Shown in pieces: positions 14,122 to 30,241 of a stretch of 64,000 nt of DNA. This DNA is from Eledone cirrhosa. Its lineage: Eukaryota. Under the pieces are notes generated by a model, which searched no databases, was not told the DNA's origin, and saw only the letters and a program-made list of their open reading frames with translations. Positions within the stretch are counted from its first letter, which is position 1. Each line of letters starts with the position of its first letter. The DNA lies in the NCBI GenBank assembly GCA_964016885.1, contig OZ024745.1, positions 74,214,001-74,278,000 of the forward strand, given 5' to 3'. The translations under genes and the position numbers were made by a program.

Positions 14122-14899
14122 TATTACCTTGCGCCTTGCAATGAAAACGTTGAGAAAAAATATTTGGTAAGCAATCTTCCATATCTATTTTGTTTGCGCA
14201 TCTGATCTACACAAACGAAATTTGATTTGACTTATCTTCGTAAATACATATATCAAAAGATATTTGCATAAACAATGCACTATGGAAAAAGTGAATGCAA
14301 TTGAAAGAGGAGATAAATATATAAAGTAGGATAGAGAGAGGAGGATGACAGAGATGTGATGTGTTGGAAAGCCAATAAAGATAGACAAATAGCATTGTTT
14401 CAATGTCACATGACGATATCTTCAGCATGACTCTTGTTATTTCAATATGTATGTTTATCTGTGTGTGTGAGTGTGTGTGTGTGTGTGGCGTGAATGTGTA
14501 TGTATGTGTACGTATGTGCGTATGTGTCTATGCGTTTACACTAAACATACTACAGCAAAACAAGGTTAGCCAATGGGTAAAAATTACTTTTAAATTATTT
14601 GCTAGGTATGATACTCTTATTTGTTCTCATATAACAAAATATGGTAGCTAAGGATGAGGAAAAGCTTTTATCTATTTTCAACAACACGTGAAGAAAGTAA
14701 AGATATTATATAAAATAGAGTAATGAGAATCATGAAAACTGAATAATTTTTCAAAGGGTTTATTTAACATCCGACATTTCTTATACTGATCATTTGGATG
14801 TGGTTATTCATTGTCTTAAAATATTAGATACGTTTGGTGAACATTGTTTCACTTAATTTCGATTGCACGTCACATTAAAGGAGCTCTTGCGAAAACTCT

Positions 14900-16511
14900 C
14901 TTGAAATAAGTTTTATGCTAACGCATCAAATATGTACTGCAATACCAGGCCAACCCGTGGCAAAGGCAAAACAAGCCCCTAACTCTTCGCCTAGTTCTAA
15001 AAATCGGTTTAATTTCAGATATGAAGCTGAAAAGAACAGATACTACCCTTTGATCTCAGGAATAAGTGGGCGAAGAAGAAGCATCAAACATGACAGAATA
15101 AGCCAAAGAATTTTAAACACATATAAATATCAATGATCTTACACACTACATCCCATGTACTATACACGTCCTTCATTTAGATGTATGTGCTGAGGAAAAC
15201 TACATTGGGGCAATATAAAGTTTTAGTCTTATATAAAAAGTATAATTTCTTTTCTGATTAAACTCAACCTTTGTCAGTAGTATTCAATGCCTTAAAGATG
15301 AAGGTGGAAGTGAATCTATAGTGTGTGTTAAAAGTGCATCAGACTCTAAATAGTGTGTTACAGCAGTGTTCATGAAGCTTTGAATCTAATCTCAGAAGGT
15401 ATATATCAGAAGGTTGAAACACGTAACAAAATAAGCACTATATTGAAGCAGATATCAAAGATGGAAATAGTTCACTTTTCAGGCTTCAAGGACCCGCTGA
15501 TTTAAGGCTCACTCAAATCAGCCGGTTCCTGTTTGTTTTTTTTCTGTTTAATTAGAATAGGACGAGTAGTTCCCGTGGCCGTTTTGGTGGCCTTTCTAAA
15601 GGAGATTAATGGGAGGAGGGAAAGTATCTTCAAATATAACCGTAATGCTTGCAACGAAGGACAAGGTAATACCACAAAGCATTAGTTATATCTTAAAAAA
15701 TATGTCTGTGAAATACTGGAACCGCCATTAGCTATCAAACTTTGTAGATCTCTAGTGGGTTTTTTTATGTCAGAGCGAGATGAGATTGAAATGTATGAAA
15801 ATAAATCAAAAGACAACATAGTAAATATGGAATACTGTGAACACAAAAAGAGCTGGAAAAGAAAATGAATCAATGATGATAAGGTCAACGATATTGTTTT
15901 ACAAGGAAATTGTTTTACAAGCTCTTTCGCATCAAATTGAAGCATAAAAAATCTGCATCTACTATTTGCTTTTATAGTCAAGATTTCAAGACTTTATTAT
16001 CAACAGCAGTAGCCACATTTCAGGAGTTTTATTCCGATGATATCGAGACTTAATTTGTGCTAGAATATCAATATTCATTTCAAGATGTTGCTGAGAATTT
16101 TGATGAAATTTGACACAATCACGAAACATTATAAGCTTCTAATATTTATACTCATATTAACAAATGAATTAACATGTAATGTTGAAATAACCCCACAGGT
16201 AATTACTAAGGAGGCTGGAGAAAGAAGTATCTGCAAGGAAAACAAGCAGATGATATACACAGATCGACAATAGCATAACCATTATTAAGTAAATTTATTC
16301 TCGTGGCACTCGCAAACGATGTTGCCATAAACTTACAATTTACTGATGTTTTAGAGAAATTTGCTTCCGAGGAATTTTGTAAAACAATTGTTTTACAAAT
16401 TTCTTGAAAAATAAATTTAATTTTTGTTTAACTTATTTTCCTTTTAGAAATATTTTTTGAGGCATTACAGTACCTTTAGATTAAGAATTTACATAATTTT
16501 AATCCGGCCCT
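14900..16511 (+). pseudogene. Heavily decayed hAT transposase (ZMYM1/Tip100-like) with 3' terminus
   Basis: NVEIT..AGERS..LSKFILVALANDVAINLQFTDVLEKFAS resembles the hAT dimerisation domain; ends in TCCGGCCCT. The left boundary is uncertain. Confidence 0.5.
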
Positions 16512-17972
16512 AATGGTTGCTATGAATTTTCATTCGTGTTATCATCTCGTTCGTGAAAATTTTCGTTCGTGTCATTTTGACTGTATGAATTCATACAATC
16601 TGTTTCCTGTTTTGTTCCTTGTCATTCAAACAATTTTCATGGCTGGTGTTGGCTTACTTAGAATTGTGTCAATTGAGAATATTTTCCTGTGAGCATTTTT
16701 ATTTTTAGGTCGTAAAAGCCAGCATAAAATAATCAGTTCATGAACAACTGAATAACTTTCAAAATGTTGTTCTTTGCATGAAAATAGTTAAATGGAAAAT
16801 ACATCAATGATCGTTTTCCAGTATATTAACCTGTGGCTCACTGGTGGATGTTTATTTTTCGAAACTAAAGAAATTGTTTTTTTGTGGATGAGGAATAGTT
16901 TTTTTTTTTTTTGTTGTTTTTTGTTTTGTTTTTTGTTGCTATTTTAATCTATAAAGGAAAACCATACACCCAGAGTTATCAGTTACTTGGAATATATAGG
17001 TTTTAACGTTCCTTTGTCATGAAGTTCATTTGTTTCAAAGTATAAGTTATAACTCTTTCTCGAAATCTGTGTGTTTCTTGAAGCTGATAACATTAGCATG
17101 TTTGTCTCTCTAGTTGAAATACCTCTTTTATTCATCTGATTTGTTTCACTGAATGTTTCAATTTATGGTGTATCTGGACAACATTTATGCTGATGCATCA
17201 GTTGACATTTATAAGATGAAACCTCTCCAACTGTAATTTGATATTCAGTTTATCCTAGATTTATCAGATTTCTAAATGTTATTTCTCGTGCTGTAAACAT
17301 AATTTAATTTTTACAGCATTATCTCAACATTCACTCAATAATTTATAAACATTCTAGCGCTTGAATAAACATTAGAAATTAAATACCGCTTAGAAATATA
17401 TTCAGGCTTTTCTTTTTTTAACATGCTTGCATATGAATTACGGGTATTTGTGTTTATTTAGAGAAGTAACAATATATGGGTCTCACATTGGTAAATTATT
17501 GTAGTAAATTGGGATTACAAATATGTCAAGATTACTTCTTTCCTGAAGGAAAATTAAACTGAATACAGGGAATTCAATGTAACAAACATATAACAGCTCA
17601 CGAACAAATCAATTAACTCTGGCGTTTTATTTACGCATTCGCGGTGCGACGGCAATATTCGGCGATGAAAAAGCTTGTAAAACTAAGAAAAAGAGGCGCC
17701 TGAAATCAAATATATTTTCATTCCATATTGTTGTATCTCTAAAGTATTCATTTCGTGTAACATGAAAAACCAGACAAGGACCACTATTTTTATATTGGAA
17801 CACGAATAATATTTGTTCAAGATAAACCTTAATGTAACGGAAGGTATCAGGCTGCTGTGTGACTACTTATTTATAAAAAAGAATACTCTCTACGTATAAA
17901 CGAGAGTACTCTCTACAAGATTTATAAACCTTACTATATGACGTAACACAGCAATCATGGCAAAGTTAAAAC

Positions 17973-18118
17973 CAGTCATGAGCAAACTGCGGTCCGTTTA
18001 GACTTCAGAATCGCACGCCTAATTTCAAAATTGCCTTGAAATTGTTAGTGATGCGACCCGCTTATGATGAATCACATCATATGCGGCCCACTGCTCGAAA
18101 AAAGGTTGCCCATGCCTG
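17973..18118. mobile_element. hAT MITE
   Basis: TIRs CAGTCATGAGCAAAC / GGTTGCCCATGCCTG; 8-bp TSD GTTAAAAC/GTTTAAAC; second copy at 56664. Confidence 0.85.
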
Positions 18119-18709
18119 GTTTAAACCTTAATCTGTGTGTGGCATGAATTTTAGTACTATCGTCATTCGACCACCATGTCTTTAGTTTAGTCTGGGAGAC
18201 GCTGTTTAATTCATTTGATTAACTCTTATCAAAGTATGTGATGATATTGATAAGACACAACAGAGGAGACAATTGTGAAGACTGAAGAAAAAAAATGTAT
18301 ACAGACAGGCAGAAGGTGGTTATATTATTGAGAGTAAAATATTTCAACGGGTTGCAGGGTAAACATTCAAGTATGATAAATGTGTTTGACTGCCAACAAA
18401 TAGGTTCATTTCTCAAATCTTAAATATAAAATTGAACACTAAGCGCAACTATATATTTTTTAATATCAGCCTTTATACAAAATGCAGTTTTAAGTTAGTT
18501 GCTTGGCAATAATAACTTTCCAATACTTGTAAGTATATGAACATACTAAACATAATAATGCCAAGAAATAATATTGTTTGCAACATTTGAGTTTATTTCC
18601 ATACATCAAGCATACATATATTTCCGTTTGGGGGGAAATATGATAGATAAGGGGGAAGTACTTGTGTAATATATATATATATAAGATGGATCAGAATGCA
18701 CCATTCACC

Positions 18710-18807
<98 letters not shown>

Positions 18808-18875
18808 GTATATATATATGTAAGTATGTATGTATACGTACATACATATATGTATACAGACGTACAGTAGCATGC

Positions 18876-18944
<69 letters not shown>

Positions 18945-19099
18945 CATACAGGTACACATACATATATGCACGTATCAGTTTAGCGGACGCTTATTATAAC
19001 GCCGCTTTGTTCGTTTGTAAACAAACTGAACAGCCTGAATTTATGCCGTACGGTGTTAAGGCAACCACGTCACCTTTTTGTTCAACACTGACACAGGAA

Positions 19100-19140
19100 C
19101 GATGTACTAGTTTCAAGCTTCTTAGCTATCATCAGCACCG
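19100..19140 (-). ncRNA. Minimal type I hammerhead, family B
   Basis: Reverse complement of the 19217 motif with one loop II change. Confidence 0.82.
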
Positions 19141-19216
19141 TATACCCTTCTGCCAGATAATTGAACGTTCGAAAGTATATACTTTCCTTATGAAAATTAA
19201 TTTGCAGAAGGGTATA

Positions 19217-19257
19217 CGGTGCTGATGATAGCTAACAAGCTTGAAACTAGTACATCG
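19217..19257 (+). ncRNA. Minimal type I hammerhead, family B
   Basis: CGGTG CTGATGA TAGC-taacaa-GCTT GAAA CTAG TA CATCG; palindromic stem III. Confidence 0.85.
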
Positions 19258-19673
19258 TTCCTGTGTCAGTGTTGAACAAAAAGGTGACGTGGTTGCCTTA
19301 ACACCGTACGGCATAAATTCAGGCTGTTCAGTTTGTTTACAAACGAACAAAGCGGCGTTATAATAAGCGTCCGCTAAACTGATACGTGCATATATGTATG
19401 TGTACCTGTATGTATATATATATATATATATATGCATGCTACTGTACGTCTGTATACATATATGTATGTACGTATACATACATATTTACATTTAAGTAAG
19501 TGCCGTACTAAGAGTGAGAAATGAAATTTCGTTTTCATTTTATTTCAACTTATCGTTTTCGGTATGCCGGACCGACTTAACTCACTCGATATGCAAATTA
19601 GGCTGCTCAGCCGTTAATTTTCATAAGGAAAGTATATACTTCCGAACGTTCAACTATCTGGCAGAAGGGTATA

Positions 19674-19714
19674 CGGTGCTGATGATAGCTAACAAGCTTG
19701 AAACTAGTACATCG
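19674..19714 (+). ncRNA. Minimal type I hammerhead, family B
   Basis: Identical to 19217-19257. Confidence 0.85.
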
Positions 19715-19901
19715 TTCCTGTGTCAGTGTTGAACAAAAAGGTGACGTGGTTGCCTTAACACCGTACGGAATAAATTGTACGTCTGTATACATACATGTAC
19801 GTCTGTATACATACATGTATGTACGTATACATACATACTTACATTTAAGTAAGTGCCGTACTAAGAGTGAGAAATGAAATTTCGCTTTCATTTTATTTCA
19901 A

Positions 19902-20002
<101 letters not shown>

Positions 20003-20015
20003 GTATATATGTATA

Positions 20016-20055
<40 letters not shown>

Positions 20056-20082
20056 ATGGATCAGAATGCACCATTCACCATG

Positions 20083-20155
<73 letters not shown>

Positions 20156-20234
20156 TAATTTAATGTATCACAAGATATATACTATGTATGATGCTTGTAT
20201 TTTTCCTAAATATTATATACTTTATGTACTTTAA

Positions 20235-20423
20235 GGGCGGTGAATTGGCCATATCGGTAGAGAGTCGGACGCCATGCTTTCCACCATAGTTACGTCCCTT
20301 TACGGTCTGAGTTCAATTCCCGCCAAGATTTACTTTGCCTTTCCTCCTTACGGGGTCGATAAAATAAAGAACCAGTAATGTACTGGGTAATTGCTTGCCT
20401 TGTGCCAAAAGTAGAAACAATTA
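20235..20423 (+). mobile_element. tRNA-derived SINE
   Basis: Same family as 5409. Confidence 0.88.
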
Positions 20424-20474
20424 TATATTTTATGTGTGTACACAATACTATGTGTTTCTCAAACCATAGATGAT

Positions 20475-20533
<59 letters not shown>

Positions 20534-20661
20534 CTCTGCATGTATCTCCTAATGCGAATTAATCTGAATTAATTTGAATTATATATATATATATATGTAT
20601 ATATATACAATATATTCTTATATATATATACAATATATTCTTATATATATGTATATATATA

Positions 20662-21720
20662 CGAGGGTCGGCTGAAAGCTTCATAGGCTGAACAAAATAC
20701 TCTCATAAAATGTGACCAAATGAGGTCTATTTTTCAAAATAGTCCCCTTAGCGATCCACACACTTCCTCCATCAGTGTTGATAGTCAGATGGTGCCAAAT
20801 CAGGAGAATAGGGATGATGATCAAACAGTTCAAAGCAGCAGCCACAGCAGCCATTGAAACCGAGAATTCGTGTTCTGGAGCATTGTCTTGATGCAACAAG
20901 ACCCCTTTCGTCAGATTTCCTGAGTATTTGGTCTTGATATCCTTTCGTAACTACCTCAACAAGTTGACATATTACTCTCCATTAATGGTTTGGCTCTTTT
21001 CAAAGGTTGTCGGTTTCCACAAAATGTTTTGCATCCTCTAAAACTAAGGCCATCGCCTTCCCTGTAGATAAAACGAGCTTGACCTTCTTTGGAGTAGGTG
21101 AGGAGGGATGTTTCCACTGCTCTTATTGTCTCTGTCTCTTGCCCAAAGTCATGAACCCAATATTTATCCCGGGTTAGGAAACATTCAATGAAAGCAGCTC
21201 GATCTGCCTCAAACAATTTCAGATTTTCTCGTGATGTTTTTAGCTTGGTGGGTTTTGGTTAGGTGTCAGAAGATGTGGCATCTACCGAGTAGAAATCTTC
21301 GTCATGCCAGGTTCACTGTAGCAGAATATTTTCAGCTCTCTCACGGAATATGCTCATGACGTTTGCTATTTGATTTATAGTCAATCGCCTGTCATCCATC
21401 CCAATGTGCTGAACACGATTAATGTTTTCTTCGGTGATGACAGTTACAGGACGTCCAGACCTTGTGTCATCTTCAAGATTCTCACTTCCCTTCCTCAATT
21501 CAGCTGCCTAATTTTGCACAGTTGATAAAGCTGAAAAGTCACTTAATAACAAGATGTCAAATTTTGTCCATTTTCAAGAGAAGTCGCTACTAGTTACTTT
21601 TGAAGTCTTTGGAAACAAACAATGCAGTTATTAATAAGAAGGATTTAAATTAATGCATGCAAGATTTCACAACACTAACATCATTTCTTTATAGTCAGCC
21701 TATGAACTTTTCAGCCCACC
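20662..21720 (-). mobile_element. Decayed mariner transposon
   Basis: TIRs CGAGGGTCGGCTGAAAGCTTCATAGGCTGA / TCAGCCTATGAACTTTTCAGCCCACC with TA flanks; peptides LEDDTRSGRP, TRDKYWVH, HQDNAPEH. Confidence 0.9.
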
Positions 21721-22036
21721 TATATTTTAGCTTGGTAATGAATAAACAAAGTTGGAAAGATACTTAATCAGTAGAAAGAGTTTTTAATATATAGATATTT
21801 ATTACACTAAGATATCATTTAAATACAATTGTTTCTCTGTATGTCTGTTTCAGATTTTTACAGAGACAATCTCCAGTTCTTTAACCTAGGTTGACGTCAT
21901 TTTGTAATGCTTGTTTTCGTTTCATTCACATGCGAAAACGAAAATAGATTAAGAGATATATAGGGGGCTATTTAAGATGTAGAGATTGTTAAGCGAAGTA
22001 ATTTGCTAGTTGATAAGGGAGATAGATAAAAATATA

Positions 22037-22830
22037 CTAGAAACATTAAAGGAAGTCAAACTCTCGGAGAGTCAACTTACAAAAATGAAATTTGTGGTTT
22101 TCAAAATTTTTAGTTTAATTCTGGTGTTCTTTAGTATAAATGTGGCGGGTGGGGTGTCAACGAATGAAGAAATTGATCCACGTGTTAAAACAATTTATGG
22201 ACTCAGAATTAACAAAGTGATGCAAGTTGATGAGAAAGTGCATATTGAAACATAGGCAATAGAAGAGGTCAACCAATTCATCTATTTGGGCAGCATAGTC
22301 TTGAATAAAGGCCTCACTGAGCTAGATGTAAACTGCAGAACTGGCATTAGGAGTAATTCAGCGCATGAGAAGCATTTAGTCATCGCAAATAATCTCCACG
22401 CTCATCAAACGGCAGCTCTTCAATAACATTATAATCACAATTGTTATATATGTTAGTGAAAGCTGGAAAATGACAGCCAAATTCTAAAGAAGCTCAACCT
22501 TTTCCAACAAAGATATCTCAGAAAAATCCTGAAAATGACTTATCGTGACCGGAATACAAATGGAGGTGCTGAAGAGAAGTAAACAGAGCCTACTGACTGC
22601 CACCATCGCTGAAAGGTGCCTGAAACTGGCTGGACACATTCTGCGCATATCTGAGTAACGGAACACCTCTGTGGCAATGAGATGGATCCTAGTCGGTAGC
22701 ATGCGGAAAAAAGGGAGACCCAAGAAACCTAGCGCTCAACTTTCAAAGAAGATCTCCAGAGGATTGGACTGGACTTGGATTCTACGCAAAATGTCACAGC
22801 TGGTCGTGTAAATTGGAGAAGATTAAGTAG
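22037..22830 (+). pseudogene. RTE-type LINE 3' fragment (left arm of an inverted duplication)
   Basis: IEEVNQFIYLGSIV, LAGHILRI, RKKGRPK motifs. Confidence 0.8.
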
Positions 22831-23056
22831 CATTGTGTATATGTGTATGCTCAAAACAGATCTGCCTAGGCTCTAAAAATTTTAATTTACCATCTAATGT
22901 AAGTTTAATACGCTTTCTATCCCTTTTCATATGCCTTGTTTTATGTATATGCAAAATATAAAAACTGTTGTCTTATTATATTATCTTTTATGAATGCACT
23001 CTGAATTACCGTTGCTTTTGCAACAACATTTCATTGAGCAATTATTATGCAAATAT

Positions 23057-23152
<96 letters not shown>

Positions 23153-23160
23153 GTAGTAAT

Positions 23161-23330
23161 AATTGTTTCTACTTTTGGCACATGGCCAGCAATTACCCAG
23201 TACATTACTGGTACTTTATTTTATCGACCCCGTAAGGATGAAAGGCAAAGTCAACCTCGGCGGGATTTGAACTCAGATCGTAAAGGGACGTAACTATGCT
23301 GGAAAGCATGGCGTCCGACCCTCTACCGAT
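23161..23330 (-). mobile_element. tRNA-derived SINE inserted in the left arm only
   Basis: TSD TAGTAATAAT on both sides; the matching right-arm site (~27520-27540) is empty. Confidence 0.88.
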
Positions 23331-23727
23331 AGTAATAATAATAATAGATGTGAAGACTAAAATCCAAAGAGGGTTCGATAAGGATAAATATATATCAAAT
23401 ATATAAGAACCATAGAGCAAAGTTTCAAAAGATCCCAATGGTGAAAGCACCGATTCTTTGCTTAAACTCTAATCTGTTATTTTAATATATATATATATTG
23501 TTTATACATATTATAGTAAAATTGCTTTTCGGCGTCGAAGAGTTTATGTCCTTCAGGCGGTCATAGGTGGCCTATATTACACTGACTACCATATATGAAC
23601 TCAGAAACCAGACATATTATTTCTCACGAGATTTAATTATCTCTACCTCATAATATCATCCATCTCTACTGACCTTACTATACTCTTTACATTAATATTT
23701 GAAAGTCGAGTTCTGCGTATAATATAC

Positions 23728-23794
<67 letters not shown>

Positions 23795-23796
<2 letters not shown>

Positions 23797-26379
23797 CAGG
23801 AAAGAAGGTTTACATGGTTTGCTATACAAAAAAGTTTTTAATCACATAGCTTACATTTGTTTCACTGAACTGGTATGTCTAGAGATCGCTATTCGCTTAA
23901 TTTTGCGTTACTCGATCGCCAATACAGAATTATAACCAGTCAGATCTTCGGAGCATGCGAGAATGAAGAAAATACACAGGCAAGAACAGAAAAGAAAATA
24001 CAGGCTACTATATGAAGTAGTAATGGCATTCAATTAGAACAATAACAACAATTACAACAATGCTATCAATAAATTATTTAAGGAGACCCTGACATTACTT
24101 AGGTGGGGGTATATAATGTATCTAATGTTACGGCGTGTAAAACTATCTGTCATAAGGCAAAATGAAGCGTTGACATGTACAAAGTATCGTAGTGTATATC
24201 AATTTTAAATTATAAAGATAAGCTAGTTTTTACAGTCTTTCTCTTCATCTTCAACAGTATACATGAGTGGGACCACTGTCAAAGCTAAACACATATATAT
24301 ACACATATATACACATGCATGTGTACATAGACACATACATACACATCAATATACACTCGTACAAAAATATACATACATGCAAAGAGATAAGCGTGCTAAT
24401 TGTAATTATGGCAGAAAGAAGGTAAAGTAACATTGTAGTAGTGAAATGAGAAAAACTAGGATTTAGGATCAAATGATGGCAGCAGCTGAGAAGGAGTAAG
24501 ATTGTTGGTAGATGAGGTACTTACAGACAATTGTGTGGTATAGATTTGTGAAGGATATAGTATACTTAATGAATATATTTCTGTGGGTAGTAGGTATCCT
24601 AATTTAAAGCTATGTTATGTTGGTTCGATTCACGGAGGTTTGAATCTTATGAATTTAGTGGCTATTCTATGTCTGCAGAAGATAGATCTTTCTAACTTAT
24701 TGTTAAGTAGCCTTTTAACATTTCTAAGGATATACAATAGCTCAAGATCACATAGCCCGCAATGGGACATCCCTGTACTATAGGTTTTAGCAGCCGACAA
24801 CTTCGACCAGTTGATACTGTAGTTAGTGTTGTTGTCCTTCAATTCCCATATTTTTTTGGCGAGGGTTGTGGAACCCATAAGTGCACGGTTTTTCATTGAG
24901 TGCCTGTGCACATACCATCTTTTCTTAAAAGAACCCGCGGTGGATCCTATGTAATTCCAGGTGGAGTTACCCGAGATGACAGTGCACATGTACACCAGGC
25001 TCGAATCGAGACATCTGTTCGCCAATGGGCACCTATCTGGGAGGTGACAGTTACAGTTTGAGGCGCTATTTTGTGCAGCTTTTACATTCCTGTTTAGTAC
25101 TCTGTTATAAGTGGGTTGTGATATATGCCCAATTGGGTTTTGCTGCTGCGCGTTTGTATGCGCTTGTGGTTGTGATGAGTTTGTGCTTATGTATAGGTGC
25201 AATTGATTTACTAGAGATATTTCTGTGGTTGATCTTGCGTATGTGTGATTCTATGTTAGCTGCTGTTGAGAATGAGAGTTTTATAGTAGATCTATTGAGT
25301 ACTCTGTGATATCTATGCGAGACAGGGAAGTGTCTATCCATTAGTTTAAAGAATGTAGAGGGCAGTCCAGTTTTTACAGAGGAGTTGAATATTGGGTTGA
25401 ACCATAGGTATTTTCCCTGTCTGTTTCTTCTATTGTTTCTGGGTTTACGTTATTACTGTTTTGGCCGTTCACTCCAGGTGCCACATGTCTAACCCTATGT
25501 CTAGTCAAGCTATTCCTATTATTATGTGAGCGGTTGGAGTAGTAATTACTAGGATTGTTTATGTTGTCCTCATTCACTATATACTGTAGTTTATCCTTAT
25601 GACCGGCCCTACCTAATGATGCATTATAATAGTCAGCATGCTCGTTAAAGATTTTTAGGTCTGAGGATAAGCGGGATATTCGGAGGGATATACTACGTGC
25701 TATGGATTTAATTATGGATTTGGGGTGATTTGAGTTGTAACTAATGTAGGCAAGATTTTCATTATTTTTGTGGAAAGGTTCCATTAATCCAGTATTTAGA
25801 TTTAGAGTCACATCTAGAAAATTTACCTTCTTACGGTTTAGTTCGTAGGTAATACTTAGGCCTAGCCTTTTGAAGAATATTCTAATATTTTTCCTTAGTC
25901 TTTCCATGCTCTGGTTGTTTAGTTTCCTAGCTATAAGTAACGTGTCGTCCCTATAAATTCCTCCTTGGAGGTTACCGAATTCCTTATGTAGGTTGTGTGC
26001 TATGAATAGCCCCACGATATCTGTGATTTGCGCAGAATCATTTGATCCCATTGTTATATCGAAGCTATTTATTCTATCCTTTCTTACCCAGTAGTTATTT
26101 TCAAATTTTATGATAGTCCCTCTAGCCGCTATTATTATTTCAATTTCATCATGGGTAAGATCAGAGTTATTTTGGGCAAATATAAGCGCCTTATCTAGGG
26201 TAGCTGGGAATATGGATGCATAATAGTCGTCTATATCAAATTGTATGAAGTTACACGCCTCCCTATCCTGTATTTTATTGAACCATTTAATTGCCTCGCC
26301 AGTGTTGCTCCACAAATTGACCCCCTAGTCTACCCTCTATTTGTGCGATTACCCTATCTAGAATGTTCTTGCCAACTTC
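23795..26379 (-). mobile_element. 5'-truncated, frameshifted Penelope-like element, Naiad-like (RT + GIY-YIG)
   Basis: FIQFDIDDYYASI, FDITMGSNDSAQ, GIYRDD, VNFLDVTLNL, SNHP; CxCx5Cx5C finger (CNCHLPDRCPLANRC); LVY..YIG; C-terminal CGLC..CRH; ORF pieces 25374-26315, 25105-25341, 24630-25202. Confidence 0.9.
23842..23960 (-). ncRNA. Type I hammerhead-like motif with long stem II insert (family C) in the 3' UTR of the Naiad-like PLE
   Basis: TCGCATGCT CCGAAGA T-CTGA-CTGGT...ACCAG-t-TCAG-T GAAA CA aa TG TA AGCTATGTGA; core carries U4C. Confidence 0.65.
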
Positions 26380-26399
26380 ACATATATATATATATATAT

Positions 26400-26681
26400 A
26401 TATAGGGAAAAAGATGAAATCGAAAATGCAACTGGAGTCTTTTTTTTAAATATATATATTTATTCGTATCCTTTACCGGTTTCGCAGTTTTTCTGCTTTT
26501 CAAAATTAGAATTGTGATCGAGGGTCTGTGGTTTTTTTCAAATCTGTGAGAAAAACCACAGACATTCCATCTCAATTATACTTTTAAAAAGCAGAAAAAC
26601 TGCGAAACCGGTAAAGGAATCAAATAAATATATATATTAAAAAAAAAAGACTCCAGTTGCATTTTCGATTTCATCTTTTTT

Positions 26682-26690
<9 letters not shown>
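26400..26690. repeat. Fold-back element (~140-bp diverged arms) with variant hammerhead motifs, family D
   Basis: Arms are mutual reverse complements; TTGAAAA GCAG-aaaaa-CTGC GAAACCGGTA on the minus strand (26471-26505); plus copy 26581-26616 has core TTAAAAA. Confidence 0.85.
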
Positions 26691-28700
<2,010 letters not shown>

Positions 28701-28783
28701 ACTATTTCATCTTTTTTCCTTATACTTTCACTCGTGTAGGACACCTCGGTTATTTCTCATTTTGTAAAAAAACCTCATTTTCT

Positions 28784-28853
<70 letters not shown>

Positions 28854-29399
28854 TCAGGAAACATAAAAACGGAGGTACAAAATGTCTTGTGTGTATACAT
28901 ACATACATACATACATACACACATACACACATACATACATTCATATATATGGCGAATGAAGTAAAGTCTGAAGCACTGCGTGAGATGTTGAGTTGGAAAT
29001 TTTAAAAAATATTGTATATCAAGACAAATATGTTTTCGTCTTAAATATGAAATATCACTGCAGTTATTTGAAAGTTGCAAAATACTGAAAAACCTGGAAG
29101 GTCTCACAAGTTTTGAAGATACATGTAAGTAACCAGGACAAGGCCAGACCCAGCGATGGAGCGCTCTGGTGAGGCTCTACATATGATGATGCTTCTGGAA
29201 TCACTGATCTAGGATGACTCCATTCTCATCGAGTATGAGCAAGAAAAAGGTGTAAGTAAATGAAACGAGAGATATTGAAAGAGTTTTAAGTAACAAGAAT
29301 AGACAGAGCGATTATTTCAAAATAGTTTATTTTTTAATAAGCTGCTATTTTATACTTTCAAGATAAACTGAGTTACATTAATGATTGCATCGGTATTGT

Positions 29400-29620
29400 G
29401 TACATTATACACAGAACTTGACTTTCAAATATTAATGTAAAGAGTATAGTAAGGTCAGTAGAGATGGCTGATATTATGAGGTAGAGATAATTAAATCTCG
29501 TGAGAAATAATATGTCTGGTTTATGAGTTCATATATGGTAGTCAGTGGAATATAGGCCACCTATGACCGCATGAAGGACATAAACTCTTGGCGAAAAGCA
29601 ATTTTACTAAAATATATAAA
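29400..29620. repeat. Third copy of the ~220-bp repeat at 23500-23725 and 26755-26980
   Basis: Near-identical sequence. Confidence 0.88.
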
Positions 29621-29897
29621 ACTTTTACCCTGAATGTATGTTTAATCACGGTAATTTTTACGTAAATGTCAAAATCAGTCGCAATTCTGGTGTCCCTCGC
29701 AGCATCTGTCATGAATTTTGTTTCCCTAAGAAGCGACAGAAAAAGGTCGAATTTAACTACAGTTATTTTGTATAATTAAAATATACACCTATATTCCTAA
29801 CGGCCAGTCTGTCCTACTAGTTGACCTATTATATTTCTTTATTTTCTCCTTTTCTACTTAACTCCATTGTATCTTTCCATTGCCCTCTATTTCTTCA

Positions 29898-29979
<82 letters not shown>

Positions 29980-30241
29980 CTCTCCTGAAATCTTCTCACA
30001 AACACTCACTATTTGGGATGTTAGGCGTCAATTCGTTTTCCTATAGTTACATTTTAGTTAGAAAATATATAATACTCGATCTTATTATGATGTTGGCACC
30101 AGAAAGATAATCAATGTGAGTAATTGTACATAATATTAGTTCAAATTTCCAGGGTCTCAATATTGAATTTTATTCTTTTGATGACAGTTAAAAATACATC
30201 ATAGCATGAAAAAGATGTAAATACAGTGCTGATAACCATAA

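Noticed and set aside
23520-23565. Minus-strand CTGAAGGA...CCGAAA in the three-copy 220-bp repeat as a hammerhead
   Set aside because: Stems II and III do not form convincingly, and the other two copies read ATGAAGGA.
24630-26379. Selenoprotein-coding Naiad
   Set aside because: No in-frame TGA at conserved Cys positions in the surviving part; the breaks are frameshifts.
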